A DNA stretch of 63,934 nt, the filler included, from Stramenopiles sp. TOSAG23-6 (taxonomy: Eukaryota), in the NCBI GenBank assembly GCA_900128565.1. It is 28 parts of 28 records of this genome, joined end to end, with 100 filler letters (N's around TTAATTAATTAA, not from the genome) between each part and the next. Parts side by side here need not be neighbours in the genome. Positions count along the whole stretch, not along the records: positions 25,269 to 27,455 come from LT638224.1; positions 27,556 to 29,742 come from LT638225.1; positions 29,843 to 32,029 come from LT638226.1; positions 32,130 to 34,315 come from LT638227.1; positions 34,416 to 36,601 come from LT638228.1; positions 36,702 to 38,887 come from LT638229.1; 22 more parts are not named here. One strand, given 5' to 3'. Positions 25,329 through 37,285 of the stretch are shown here, piece after piece (within the stretch, counting starts at the first letter, position 1; every line of letters starts with the position of its first letter). Made by a program: the position numbers and the translations under genes. Below the pieces are notes generated by a model, which ran no database searches, was not told the DNA's origin, and saw nothing but the letters and a program-made list of their open reading frames with translations.

Positions 25329-27455
25329 GAAGCACACTTGAAACATTTGGAAATTCTATTAAAGCATCATTCACATGCACGTGAGATTATGCTTCATGGT
25401 GATTTAAATGGTGGAACGGCAATGTACATTATACTTAATTTTTTTTGTTTTTTTTTTGTATGCAAATTTTGTACCTAACCAAATATACATATATGTATTA
25501 AATATTTCTTTATAATACAGGACTCTTGCAATTAAGTATAATCAAGAAAATGTTGTGCAATTTTTACTTTCAAATAAAGCAGACATTTACTATCAAAATT
25601 CAAAAACTGGTATGTCGTTTGCAAAAGCAGCATTTCAGTTTGAATATCATTCTGCTGGTTATGCTGGTTTTGCAATAAGAATTTTAAAAGATGGAATACA
25701 ACGTGGAATGTATGATATTCATAAATTAATTTCACAGGATGTAAAAGTATTTTCGTTAATTCCAGATGAAAAGAAAACTGAGAAAATTATCAAAATGGCG
25801 CTTCAAAATGATGTTAACGTATTTACGTTAATTCCAGATGAAATGAAAACTGATGGTATTATCAAAATGGCGCTTCAAAATGAAATAAATGTATTTAGAT
25901 TTATTCCAAATGAAAAGAAAACTGATGATATTATCAAAATGGCGCTTCAAAATGATGGATATTTACTTGATTCTGTTCCTCGAGACAAATTAATAAGACA
26001 AAATCAGGAATATTTAAAACTTGCAATGGATAATCTATTACATAACAAAAAGTCATGGGAAATCAATAACTTATTACAAAAAGGTTTTTTTGGAAAGGAT
26101 TCAAATGGTTCAATGTCAATGAGTGGATTACACCCCAGCTATTACTCTCCTGTACTACCGCATGTAGATAAGCGTGACGTATGTTTTATTTGTTTTCAAT
26201 CGAATTTCGAATTTTTTTTTTTCGTACGAAATTTCATACCTAACAAATTTTACAAAAAAAAATATTTTTTTCACAATAGTTGAAACAATTTCTCAGTCAA
26301 ATGCCACAGCAAGTAAGAGACGATATCAATGCTACTCAAAGAATATGTCATGTGAAAACGATGTACGTTTTCATTTCAATTTCGAATTTATTTATATTTT
26401 TTTCGTACAAAATTTTGTACCTAACGAGTTTTTTTTTGAAATATTTTTTCGTAATCTATGGATAAAGATTATACTAGCATTATAAATGAGTTTTTCCCAG
26501 ATTTGATTCTGCATCAATATTCTGAGCAAGAATTGAATAATTTAATAATAAAAGGATATTCAATTGAAGCTATTGATACCGCCATACAACGATTCCCAAA
26601 CAATAATAAATCCAATCTACTTCCAGCGACGGATTTGCAAAATATTGAAGAATATGTACGTTTTCATTTCAATTTCGAATTTATTTATTTTTCGTACGAA
26701 ATTTCGTAGCTAATAATTTTTTTTTTTAAATATTTTTTCAAAAGACATTTAGCCGATGGGGGAGGTACGGATGATAGTGGCTTCGTCGATAAAGTTGATT
26801 CATCAGAAGATCAGCTGCACAATCCTCTTTTACATGTACGTTTTGTTTCAGATTTTATCAATTTAAAAAAAAAACATTGTATAATATTACCAATTTACCA
26901 ATTTAAAAAAAAAAATCACACCTACGCTCAAATCAAATCCAAAATTTTTATACTTTTTTATACCTAACATTTTAAAGATTTTAAAATTATTTTTTACAAC
27001 ACATGTGAATAAAGAAAATGGTAAAAACAAACGATGTGTTACGCTTACTGACCTTAGTACTGCGCAGAAGGCCAAAGAAGAAAAAGTTTTGTTTGGTGCT
27101 ACCGATGAGCAAATTCAATGGAAACAAAAACATTTTGAATTTGTAATGGAAAAATTTGAAAAAATGAAAATGGACTATCAGATACAACAACGTAGAAGAA
27201 TCCCTTCGGGGAATTATAAGATTGATAAAATTGAATATTGTGATAATGAAACATTGGAAAACAAATACAAAGCCTTTTCTTCTCGTATATATCAGCAAAA
27301 GAAGAACACGAATGAAATGTGGTTATTTCATGTACATTTTCATCATGAATGAATTTATTTAAATTATTTTTTTTTGATTTTTTTTTGTAGTAAATTTTGT
27401 ACCTAACAAAAAACATTTTTTTTTTTTTTTTTTCACAATACATGGAGGCCCCTTA
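25329..27455 (+). CDS. Ankyrin + DUF4116-like repeats + UBA-like + PARP-like catalytic domain protein, at least 7 exons (partial)
   Basis: GGTAMTLAIKYNQENVVQFLL, IPDEKKT..IIKMALQND repeats, KIDKIEYCDNETLENKY...NEMWLFH|GG. Confidence 0.7.
25424..25520 (+). other. Family intron, GT..AG variant
   Basis: AT|GTACAT...AATACAG|G ACT. Confidence 0.82.
26179..26279 (+). other. Family intron, GT..AG variant
   Basis: GAC|GTATGT...CACAATAG|TTG. Confidence 0.8.
26363..26459 (+). other. Family intron, GT..AT
   Basis: AT|GTACGT...AATCTAT|G GAT. Confidence 0.82.
26656..26748 (+). other. Family intron, GT..AT; an AG 4 nt downstream is out of frame
   Basis: TAT|GTACGT...AAGACAT|TTA GCC. Confidence 0.8.
26836..27004 (+). 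other. Family intron, GT..AT (long)
   Basis: CAT|GTACGT...ATACCTAAC...AACACAT|GTG. Confidence 0.8.
27332..27443 (+). other. Family intron, GT..AT, splitting the PARP LFHG motif
   Basis: TTT CAT|GTACAT...AATACAT|GGA. Confidence 0.88.
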
Positions 27456-27555
27456 NNNNNNNNNNNNNNNNNNNNNNNNNNNNNNNNNNNNNNNNNNNNT
27501 TAATTAATTAANNNNNNNNNNNNNNNNNNNNNNNNNNNNNNNNNNNNNNNNNNNN

Positions 27556-28217
27556 GCAGCTTCCACTTTAGCATTCAATGCGTTAACTCCCGCTTCGGCC
27601 TTAGCTTCCATGGCTTCCAGCTTCCAACAATATTGCTTTTTGCTTTTCGTTGTACCATTTTCACGCTGCAACGAGAGCACAACTGGAAAATCAACATGAA
27701 GTTTGAGTCCCAACTCAAAGTCAGCAAGACTTCGACTAATACGACGAATTGCGCGAAGTGCTGGAATGCGAATACTTGAACTAGAATCAAGGGCCGCTGT
27801 GCGTAATGCTATCAACAACTGCTCTCGTTTTTCATCTGGACAAGACCAAGCTCTTTGCTGACACTTTGTCACAAAATCTGCAAGTATTGCAGCTCTACTT
27901 GGAGTTTTCGATTGTCTTTCGATGCGTAGTTTTGGTGTACCCTCTTGAGTACTAGGATCTATTTCTTTATTAGAAGAGTCGAGTTCTTTACCAGGAGAAT
28001 AATGATAATTAGAGTTCTTTGGAAATTTACCACTACTAACTGGAGGTGCAAAATATGAAATGACGTTTGTGGTTGCGTCATCAGATAAACTATCTGCTTC
28101 TGGTAAGAGATTTTCGTCTGAAGTACTAACACAACGCAGACCCCTCAACCCCTTATTCCTAGACAATGGGCTAGCCCCTGGTGATATAGTAGCATTTCCA
28201 GGGCTTTGCTCATTCAT
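27556..28217 (-). CDS. RICTOR-like N-terminus (partial)
   Basis: IRIPALRAIRRI...LHVDFPVVLSLQRE resembles the Rictor N domain (recalled). Confidence 0.5.
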
Positions 28218-28514
28218 TTTGACCTTTAACGAGATGATGCACTAAATTATGATCTCCCTTCTTTTGTTTGGCCATTTTGTTTGATAACACGTCGACAAGC
28301 GTAGGTTTGTTTTTTTTTATAATATTTCGTGTATTATATACTAATTTACTAACTAGAAATTTTGTTATATTTTCACCAGCTGACATGCTACATGCTTGAC
28401 TGACGCCAGCTCAAAGGAACGTCAGCCAGTGAACGTATCGATTTGCTACTTACTTTTTTGTGTGCACTTCATAAGTTTATCATTTACTATATTTCGCTAA
28501 ACTTAAAGCTTTAA

Positions 28515-29578
28515 ATGTTCAACATGTTACTATATGCAGTATTACTCATTGCCGTGTACGTGGTCGAAGGAGGCAGAGAAGGTTTTCATGAAAGTCATGG
28601 AACGTGTGCGGGTTTGTTCAAGCACCATATAATGGAAGAAACTGGAGTTTGCTACAAAAAAATTAATCCCTTGTTGTCTCGTAATGACTGCCCAAACGGT
28701 AACCCCGGTTGTGACTGCGGTGGATATGACTTCACAAAGGGATCCGTTTTAAATTTTGAGGAAACAGATACAGAATGTTGCTCGGCGTTGTTGGATATAC
28801 AGGAGGTATGTTTCTGTCCATGTTGTAGTAAGTTGGAGAGATATCAGAAACCAGCCACGCTTGCATATATTGCGCTGTGCAAAGGACAAACTACTGCGAG
28901 AGAAGCCGCATTGAAAACTGAAGTGGAAGCTGTGGCAGCAAGGGAAGCCGCATTGAAAACTGAAGTGGAAGCTGCGGCAGCAAGGGAAGCCGCCGCATTG
29001 GAAGCTAATTTCGAAGCGGAAGCTGCCGCATTGAAAGCTAAGAAAGATTTGGAAGATATGAAAAATAAACGAGAAGCTCACAAAGTGCAAGTACATGCAG
29101 CAAAAATAATTCAAAAAGAATGGCGTGCGAGAGCTGCGAAGAAAGATCAAGATCGCAAAAACACAGAAGAGAAGGACGGATTTTTCTCATCAAAACGATT
29201 GATATTATATGCTATTATTGGAGGAGCTTTACTTTTTGTGCTTGTTGTATTTATTCTCTGCTGGTGCCGACGGAATAAAAATGTTGAGAAAAGGAAGTTA
29301 ACTATTAAGGAAGGAAATGTATGTTTTATTTTTTTTCAAATTCGAATTTTTGTTTCGTACGAAATTTTGTACCTAACGAATGTTTTTTCAAATATTTTTC
29401 CAAAATACATGCGTCGAGAGTCGTCCATCGAAAACATCACATGGAACCACAGGTAATACAAAAACCAGTGAAGAACTTAAACTGGTTTAAGTTTGGGTTC
29501 CTAAAAACACGAGAAACACCTGCGAATGGCGTTGTAAATGGCGGTAACAGTATTAGTGATAAATGTATACCAGTGTAA
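28515..29578 (+). CDS. Type I membrane protein: Cys-rich ectodomain, AAREAALK repeats, TM; GT..AT intron at 29319-29410
   Basis: Signal peptide and TM LILYAIIGGALLFVLVVFILCW. AAT|intron|GCG joins in frame. Confidence 0.7.
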
Positions 29579-29742
29579 TATGTGGTATGAATGGTTGTGA
29601 TAAATGTATACCAGTGTAATATGTGATATTAATGGTTGTGATAAATTTGTACTACTGTAATATTATTAAGAATAAATAATACTGGTAGTGATAAGGTGGT
29701 GATAAATTTGTATTATTGTAAAGAATAAATAATAATAGTGGT
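29556..29742. repeat. Degenerate ~41-bp tandem repeat (GTGATAAATGTATACCAGTGTAATATGTG...)
   Basis: Seen directly in the sequence. Confidence 0.7.
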
Positions 29743-29987
29743 NNNNNNNNNNNNNNNNNNNNNNNNNNNNNNNNNNNNNNNNNNNNTTAATTAATTAANN
29801 NNNNNNNNNNNNNNNNNNNNNNNNNNNNNNNNNNNNNNNNNNGGGGGGGGGGGTGTCTGACGACAAAAAAATAAGATTTCTCCTGTGCGCCTTCCTTCCT
29901 GTGTCGGTTGTCGCTACACACAAAGATCCCTTGTTGTTCTGTATCTACTATATCAAGTAACTGGATCCAGATTTATCCAAAAAAAGA

Positions 29988-30336
29988 TGACACGCAGCAA
30001 CGTAATCGTCATAATCACAGTTATATGCATGCATATTTCACTCGCAACCGCTCTACAATGTATAACTTTCGCATTCGGTATCAACGTGGGCATGAAAACA
30101 TGTGATGTGAAATTGTGAATGTTAATCAATGCTATGCAGCAAGGGTTGATACTGGAGATGGAGCTCCACTTGATGTATTTTCTTGTGATTCGGATAAATC
30201 ATGTAAAGCAGATTCGCCGCCATGCTGTTATATAAAGCAGGGTGGCGGAACATCGACAACGTTTTGCTCCAAGACTTCAATTACAGAGGTCTTTACTGAT
30301 TTCTCTTGCAGTGTGAAGTGCCAAAAGAATCACTAA
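29988..30336 (+). pseudogene. Small secreted Cys-rich protein with a frameshift near 30112 (pseudogene or sequencing error)
   Basis: Signal peptide ...ATALQC; the Cys-rich sequence continues in another frame. Confidence 0.4.
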
Positions 30337-31019
30337 ATAATCGAATTTATCACTAAATATTCGAATTTTAAAAAAATGCATATTTCGTGTTTTTGTACCA
30401 AAATTTTGTACCTAAGGTTTTTTTTTAATTAGGGTTGGGGTTACCAATTTTTTTTGCGGGGGGAGTGCTCATCCTCATCAAATATTGTTACCGCATCTAC
30501 ACTAGTAGTAGCGTTAATCATGTCATTGTACGCTTAAAAACGGTACGTTTCCATCGACTTCCATACGATTGGCATTTACAGAAAGATGTGCTATTTTTCA
30601 TATTTAGTAATTTTTGCCATTATTGGAGTAAACTGAAGGGGAAAAAGTGAAAAAGTCAGGAAAAAGTATGAATTATTCGATTGAATTTGGTCAAAATTTT
30701 CTTTTTAATATTTTTTAAAATATAAAAAAATACACTCTAGCCAACATAGTTTTATAAAATATGTAAACAATATTCTTTCGCCAAAATAAGGGTTTATGTG
30801 TCTTTATGTGTTAAGTCATTCACAAATTGTCTCAACGATTTTGTTGACTTTTTTATATATTCAGATTCATTAGGATTTCGATTGATTTTTTATTATTTCG
30901 TGTTTTTTTTATTTCGAAACACAATAAAATTATAAAAAAATAAAAATTTCGAAACCTTGTCAAGAAGAGAGGCTCTTTTTAATAAAGGCAAAAATATCGA
31001 AATACATTTACTCTAGACA

Positions 31020-31959
31020 ATGTTCTCGCGCCAGGCTATTTTAAGAAGTAATGCTAATATTTTTAAGCGACTATATTCTGTGAAAGCATTAAAAAAGACT
31101 CCATTACATAGTTTGCATATTTCTATGAAAGCATTCATGACAGGCTTTGGCGGTTGGGACATGCCACTTTATTATGAGGATGGAATAATGAAGGAGCACG
31201 TTCACTGCCGTACTGAAGCTGGGCTTTTCGATGTGTCTCATATGTTGGGAATAAAAATCACTGGATCTGATCGTGTATTATTTGCTGAAAAATTTCTCCC
31301 CGCAAATGTTGCTGAGCTTGCAGATGGGCATGGTTGCCTGACAAATATTCCTAACTCTGAGGGCGGACTCATTGATGACTGTATCATTACAAACGCCGGT
31401 GATCATCTTTTTCTTGTAATAAACGCTGGACATGAAGAAAAAGATGTTCCACACATGCATAAGATATTAGATAGTTTTGATGGAGATGCTCATTTTGAGT
31501 TACAAGAAGGAAAAGGCATTCTTATACGTTGAATCTAAAAAAAAAAAAAAAAAAAAAAAAAATCCTAAAAAGCAGTTTGTACCTAATGTTTTTTTTACTA
31601 TTTTTTTATTTTCACAATACATGCACTTCAAGGCCCTAAAGCGACTTCTGTATTAGAAAGACATACTTCCAATGTTGACTTTAGTACGTTTGGATTCATG
31701 ACAGGTCGTTCAATGTCAGTGTACGTTTTTATTTGAATTTCAAATTTATATTTTTTTTTTTGGTTTTCATACAAAATTTTGTACCTAACAAAAAAAATCT
31801 AGACAATATTTTTTCATCTATATGAATGGCACTGAATGTTTTGTGACCAGAAGTGGCTATACAGGAGAAGATGGATATGAAATTTCTGTTGCTGGGGATC
31901 ATACCGAAGCTTTAGCAAAAACATTACTCGGAGAACCTGAAGTAAAACCAATTGGACTT
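31020..31959 (+). CDS. AMT: Glycine cleavage system T protein (aminomethyltransferase), mitochondrial, 3 exons (partial)
   Basis: KTPLH, FGGWDMPLYY, GLFDVSHM, GIL|ALQGPKA, VTRSGYTGEDGYEI. Confidence 0.95.
31524..31622 (+). other. Family intron, AT..AT
   Basis: CTT|ATACGT...GTACCTAAT...CAATACAT|GCA restores GIL-ALQGP. Confidence 0.88.
31721..31823 (+). other. Family intron, GT..AT
   Basis: GT|GTACGT...TCTATAT|G AAT gives MSV-NGTECFVTRSGY. Confidence 0.85.
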
Positions 31960-32129
31960 GTACATTTTGAATCATGAATTTCGAATTTATTTTTTTTTTC
32001 GTACGAAATTTTGTACCTAACAATTTTTTNNNNNNNNNNNNNNNNNNNNNNNNNNNNNNNNNNNNNNNNNNNNTTAATTAATTAANNNNNNNNNNNNNNN
32101 NNNNNNNNNNNNNNNNNNNNNNNNNNNNN

Positions 32130-32966
32130 CTTTATACAGTAGTAGTACTGCGCTGGCGATTTTTTGTACGAAATTGTATACCTAACAAAATTTTGAAATT
32201 TTTTGAATTTTTTGTACAATATATGACGATCCTTTAGTGATTTTATCGGACAGTATATTCAACGAAAACATGGTACATTAAAATCCATTATTGATGGATC
32301 TATTTTAGGTACTCATTATGGGTTGGAGTATAGTACCATTGGACAGAGCGCGCGTATTGGGGGTGCAAAAGAGAGATGGGTTGTGGTACGTTTTCATCAT
32401 GAAATTATAGTAAAAAGAATAATATTTTTTTTTTCGTAGTACATTTCGTACCTAACAAATTTTAAAAAAAAATGAAATTGTTTTTTTCACAATACATGTA
32501 GGAAAAGAAAAAAAAGATAATATTGTTTTATGTGCTCCTGGTTTAAAACATCCTTCTATTTATTTTCGTACTATTTATTTACAAAAGTCAGAAATCTGTT
32601 GGATATCAAAAAATGGACCTCCAAGTGATTTGTGTATGTTTTATTTTTTTTCAAANTTNAANTTTTTTTTTTTNGNTTTTCGTACGAAATTTTGTACCTA
32701 ACAAAAAAATTTAGATTTTTTTCAAATTCGATTTTTTTTCAAATTCGATTTTTTTTTTTTGGTTTTTTATAAAAATTTTGTACCTAACAAAAAAATTTAG
32801 ATTTTTTTAAATATTTTTCCAAAATACATACCATAAAAATGGAATGACTGTTTTTTATAGAATTCGTCATGGCCAAAAATTAGGTAAATGTCGTATTCTA
32901 TTGGAAAAAAAGAATTCATCAGATATTCAATACACAAAATATACACAAAATATACAATCAAATACA

Positions 32967-33011
<45 letters not shown>

Positions 33012-33152
33012 GAATTATTTCGTGTTGAATTGGAATTGCCTCAAAGAGCAGTGTCGCCAATGCAAGTGATTGCATTTTATTCAAATAGCTGTGGAGAAAT
33101 ATGTTATGGAGGTGGGCCAATATGTATGTTTTATTTATTTTTTTTTTTTTTC

Positions 33153-33196
<44 letters not shown>

Positions 33197-33248
33197 CAAA
33201 AAAAAAAAATTAAAAAAAAAAATTTTTTTTTTTAATTTTTTTTTTTTG

Positions 33249-33292
<44 letters not shown>

Positions 33293-33433
33293 GAAAAAAA
33301 AAAAAAATAAATAAAACATACATATTGGCCCACCTCCATAACATATTTCTCCACAGCTATTTGAATAAAATGCAATCACTTGCATTGGCGACACTGCTCT
33401 TTGAGGCAATTCCAATTCAACACGAAATAATTC

Positions 33434-33478
<45 letters not shown>

Positions 33479-34315
33479 TGTATTTGATTGTATATTTTGT
33501 GTATATTTTGTGTATTGAATATCTGATGAATTCTTTTTTTCCAATAGAATACGACATTTACCTAATTTTTGGCCATGACGAATTCTATAAAAAACAGTCA
33601 TTCCATTTTTATGGTATGTATTTTGGAAAAATATTTAAAAAAATCTAAATTTTTTTGTTAGGTACAAAATTTTTATAAAAAACCAAAAAAAAAAAATCGA
33701 ATTTGAAAAAAAATCGAATTTGAAAAAAATCTAAATTTTTTTGTTAGGTACAAAATTTCGTACGAAAANCNAAAAAAAAAAANTTNAANTTTGAAAAAAA
33801 ATAAAACATACACAAATCACTTGGAGGTCCATTTTTTGATATCCAACAGATTTCTGACTTTTGTAAATAAATAGTACGAAAATAAATAGAAGGATGTTTT
33901 AAACCAGGAGCACATAAAACAATATTATCTTTTTTTTCTTTTCCTACATGTATTGTGAAAAAAACAATTTCATTTTTTTTTAAAATTTGTTAGGTACGAA
34001 ATGTACTACGAAAAAAAAAATATTATTCTTTTTACTATAATTTCATGATGAAAACGTACCACAACCCATCTCTCTTTTGCACCCCCAATACGCGCGCTCT
34101 GTCCAATGGTACTATACTCCAACCCATAATGAGTACCTAAAATAGATCCATCAATAATGGATTTTAATGTACCATGTTTTCGTTGAATATACTGTCCGAT
34201 AAAATCACTAAAGGATCGTCATATATTGTACAAAAAATTCAAAAAATTTCAAAATTTTGTTAGGTATACAATTTCGTACAAAAAATCGCCAGCGCAGTAC
34301 TACTACTGTATAAAG
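32130..34315. repeat. Whole-contig perfect palindrome centred at 33222/33223 (probable fold-back artefact)
   Basis: The second half is the exact reverse complement, including the N positions. Mirrored ORFs 32844-33314 and 33131-33601. Confidence 0.95.
32225..33123 (+). CDS. TRMU: tRNA 2-thiouridylase, C-terminal exons; GT..AT introns at 32386-32497 and 32634-32829
   Basis: FSDFIGQYI, ILGTHYGLEYSTIGQSARIGG, RIRHGQ, PQRAVSPMQVIAFY, CYGGGPI. Confidence 0.88.
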
Positions 34316-34415
34316 NNNNNNNNNNNNNNNNNNNNNNNNNNNNNNNNNNNNNNNNNNNNTTAATTAATTAANNNNNNNNNNNNNNNNNNNNNNNNNNNNN
34401 NNNNNNNNNNNNNNN

Positions 34416-34448
<33 letters not shown>

Positions 34449-34853
34449 TCTACGGAAATGTAAAGTAGGTATAAAAATAACATGCATTGTGAAAAAAATA
34501 ATTAAAACAAGGAAAAATAATAAAAATACTTATTACCTTTATTGATGCTTTTGAAATCAGCAAGATGCTTCTGTTGTGCTAATTCTACTTCTAAATTTTC
34601 TTCATATTTTCTAACTTTCAATTGGTTTATTTTTTCAAACCACTAATATTCATCTTCAACGAATTATTTTCATTTTTTAGTGCATCACGCATTTGAACCA
34701 ATGAATACTTTCGTGTTTTTAAGTTGTCTTATTCTATGAATATCTATATCAATTGAGTCCGATTTTGACACTTTTAAATTTAATGATTTTTACACTTTGC
34801 TAAAAAAAAGTTGACAAGTTTTGAGATTTTTTTCGTACGAAAAATTAGTAATC

Positions 34854-35861
34854 TTAGCGTTTGCCTCGTTTTGACGATTGTTGCATAGTTTTCATCATAT
34901 TATTCATCATATTTACAAAATCACCTTGAGGTTTTACTGGTTTGGAACCAAAGTATTTACATTCTATAGAATTTAGTATTTTATTTACCTTTGGATCGGT
35001 GTCTAACACTGTAGAATATGAGTTCCTTAATAATTTCGATAAAGCAAGGCTATTGGATTGATTATATGACGTCATAATAGTACAGAAAAGTCCAATAAAA
35101 TTCAATAGTGGTTCATTTACATTGGCATGGGAAGATCCCTCGCGTCTATCTTTAAAGGAAGACATAAAAATGTTTGCCTCATTCACACCTAGTTTCAAGC
35201 CTTTTGTTCCACAAATAGAAAGTATTTTGAGAGCTGTACGGGCACCAAACATTGGCCATTCCTCAGGTTTTGCCAAGGATGCCCATTCACTAACCATACA
35301 TGCAAATTCTTCTGGTCTATGCGCCAAAAGATAATGTTTTTCAGCAGTAGCAAATAAAATAGCTGCATTTTGTTTCTTGCCATTGCTAATTGATATTTTA
35401 GCAGTCCTAAAGAATATGCTTGCAGCACAACGATGCAAGTCAGAAACAACATTATTCTCTGCAAATACACGCAATTTAGTATCAACTTTACTACAGTGAC
35501 GTATCCATCGGAAAGATGACTTCAGGAACAAAATTTGTTCTTGACTGCCAGTTGGAAAAGCACTCGTAGCACTTATAATTGATGATATTGCTTTGGCATC
35601 AACTGGTAAGTTTGTATCGTGAAGTGTTTTACATAGTTCTTCTCCTAAATCTAACACAAATCGAGCCTGCCCAGATTCAGACATTCTTTGCATACCATGT
35701 ACGAGTAATTCTATCGCACGTTTTCCTTTACTTTGCCGTGAATACCGTGATGATACCGCCTTAATCATTTGAAGGGCTTCATAAAAGTTTTCTTCTTCGA
35801 TACGTCTGTCAATACTGTTTAGAACAGCAACTTGACCAGATGTAGTCACCTTAGAAACCAT
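34854..35861 (-). CDS. GET4: Golgi-to-ER traffic protein 4, intronless
   Basis: IEEENFYEALQMIKAVSSRY, AEKHYL, PLLNFI, IECKYFG. Confidence 0.8.
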   Translation of the reverse strand: MVSKVTTSGQVAVLNSIDRRIEEENFYEALQMIKAVSSRYSRQSKGKRAIELLVHGMQRMSESGQARFVLDLGEELCKTLHDTNLPVDAKAISSIISATSAFPTGSQEQILFLKSSFRWIRHCSKVDTKLRVFAENNVVSDLHRCAASIFFRTAKISISNGKKQNAAILFATAEKHYLLAHRPEEFACMVSEWASLAKPEEWPMFGARTALKILSICGTKGLKLGVNEANIFMSSFKDRREGSSHANVNEPLLNFIGLFCTIMTSYNQSNSLALSKLLRNSYSTVLDTDPKVNKILNSIECKYFGSKPVKPQGDFVNMMNNMMKTMQQSSKRGKR

Positions 35862-36239
35862 TGTAAATACTTATACTTAATTTAGAAGATTGTTGCCCAG
35901 AAAACGCTTATGGTGCACTCCTATCGGTAATACTAATAGCAATAGCTGCCTGAAATACACAAATTAGTTCTTGTGCTATCTTTCAAGTTAGAACATAAAC
36001 CTATAGTACTAGCTAGAGCCTAGCTAGAAAAATAAATTTAGTAGGTAGTGCGATGTAAGTCGAAGAAGCTCGAACAACAAGTCAGAAAAAAAGAGAAAAA
36101 AAAATGGAAAAAAATGGAACACACCTGCTCGATCGCGAATGCCAACCGAACCCGAAACAAACTGGTCAACAGTTTCATTTCATATCTATTCTAAAAGGGT
36201 ACTTCGATCTATCATAGAGATAGTCTAGCATTTCCCTAA

Positions 36240-36601
36240 ATGGCTGGCATTGCAACTGTAGTAATTATTATAGGATGTATTATATTGTGCGGTTTAGTAA
36301 TTTGGTCGTTCTTTCATCGTTATAAGAGTGACGGTGCCGATAGAAACAGCACTGATCGTAGAGAACTAAAAAGAGACATTGTTGGAGTGGAAACTGCTGG
36401 TACTGGCCCACAGACTCTTCACGAAGCGTTTGGGATTAGTTTAGAGCGTGATGCGCATATGCAAGTCAACGCTTCGCCGACACAAGTAACACCAACACTG
36501 CCAACAGTGGAGGCTGAACTTGATGTAAGTGACACAAAAGTTAATAGTTCAAGAAGTGTGGTGGTTGTGGTTGTTGGGCTTGTGGTGGTAATGCGAAGGC
36601 T
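36240..36601 (+). CDS. Single-pass membrane protein (partial)
   Basis: N-terminal TM helix. Confidence 0.45.
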
Positions 36602-36701
36602 NNNNNNNNNNNNNNNNNNNNNNNNNNNNNNNNNNNNNNNNNNNNTTAATTAATTAANNNNNNNNNNNNNNNNNNNNNNNNNNNNNNNNNNNNNNNNNNN
36701 N

Positions 36702-37285
36702 TGAAATATTTTCCCACTTGAAGCAACAACAACCAATTCCTCAGATATATTCAATGGTGTTGCGGCTATAGCAGGTGTTAGAGGTCTTCCATCAAATTTT
36801 ATACGCGCAAAACCTCCTGTTCCAGACGATACCAACTGTTGTGAAAAGAGCAAATCTCCTTTGGAACTAACGAAATGCAACTTCCCACACTCAGTACCAA
36901 CGACAAGTACCGAACAAGTCATGTTCCAAGCTGCAGTCTGAGGTTTCGTTTCTGCAGGTAGGAAAGCCGTAGCTAAATTTGGGGTGGATTTCTCATCGCA
37001 GCCAAAAGAAAACGTACAGATTTGTACCTGGGACGAATTCGACAGGATGCATACACGCTCTAATTCAGACGTAGAGCCTGATGCTACACTAACTACGGTG
37101 ACGTCATTGCGTTTTTTTGACTCTTTAGTAAATTCACCATTTATTGCAGATGTAGTATTCTTTATGCAGCTTTTATTCTCATCATTTTCTTGGAGCTCTT
37201 TAGTAAGTGAATCCTTAATGGTGGTATCAACGTCAATTGGTAAACGAAATCCTACGGGATCTAAAACAAACATTTGTGAACTCAT
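36702..37285 (-). CDS. Beta-propeller N-terminus, possibly KNTC1/Rod-like (partial)
   Basis: AAWNMTCSVLVVGTECGKLHFV. Confidence 0.4.

Noticed and set aside
27556-27620. RICTOR-like ORF fused to an Ala/Glu repeat resembling the neighbouring gene
   Set aside because: It is at the contig edge and resembles the 28900-29040 repeats in inverted orientation; probably a chimeric join.
32130-34315. 2.2-kb perfect palindrome as a biological hairpin or duplicated TRMU
   Set aside because: Even the N positions mirror, and the fold point lies in intronic poly-T/poly-A. Most likely an assembly or amplification fold-back artefact.
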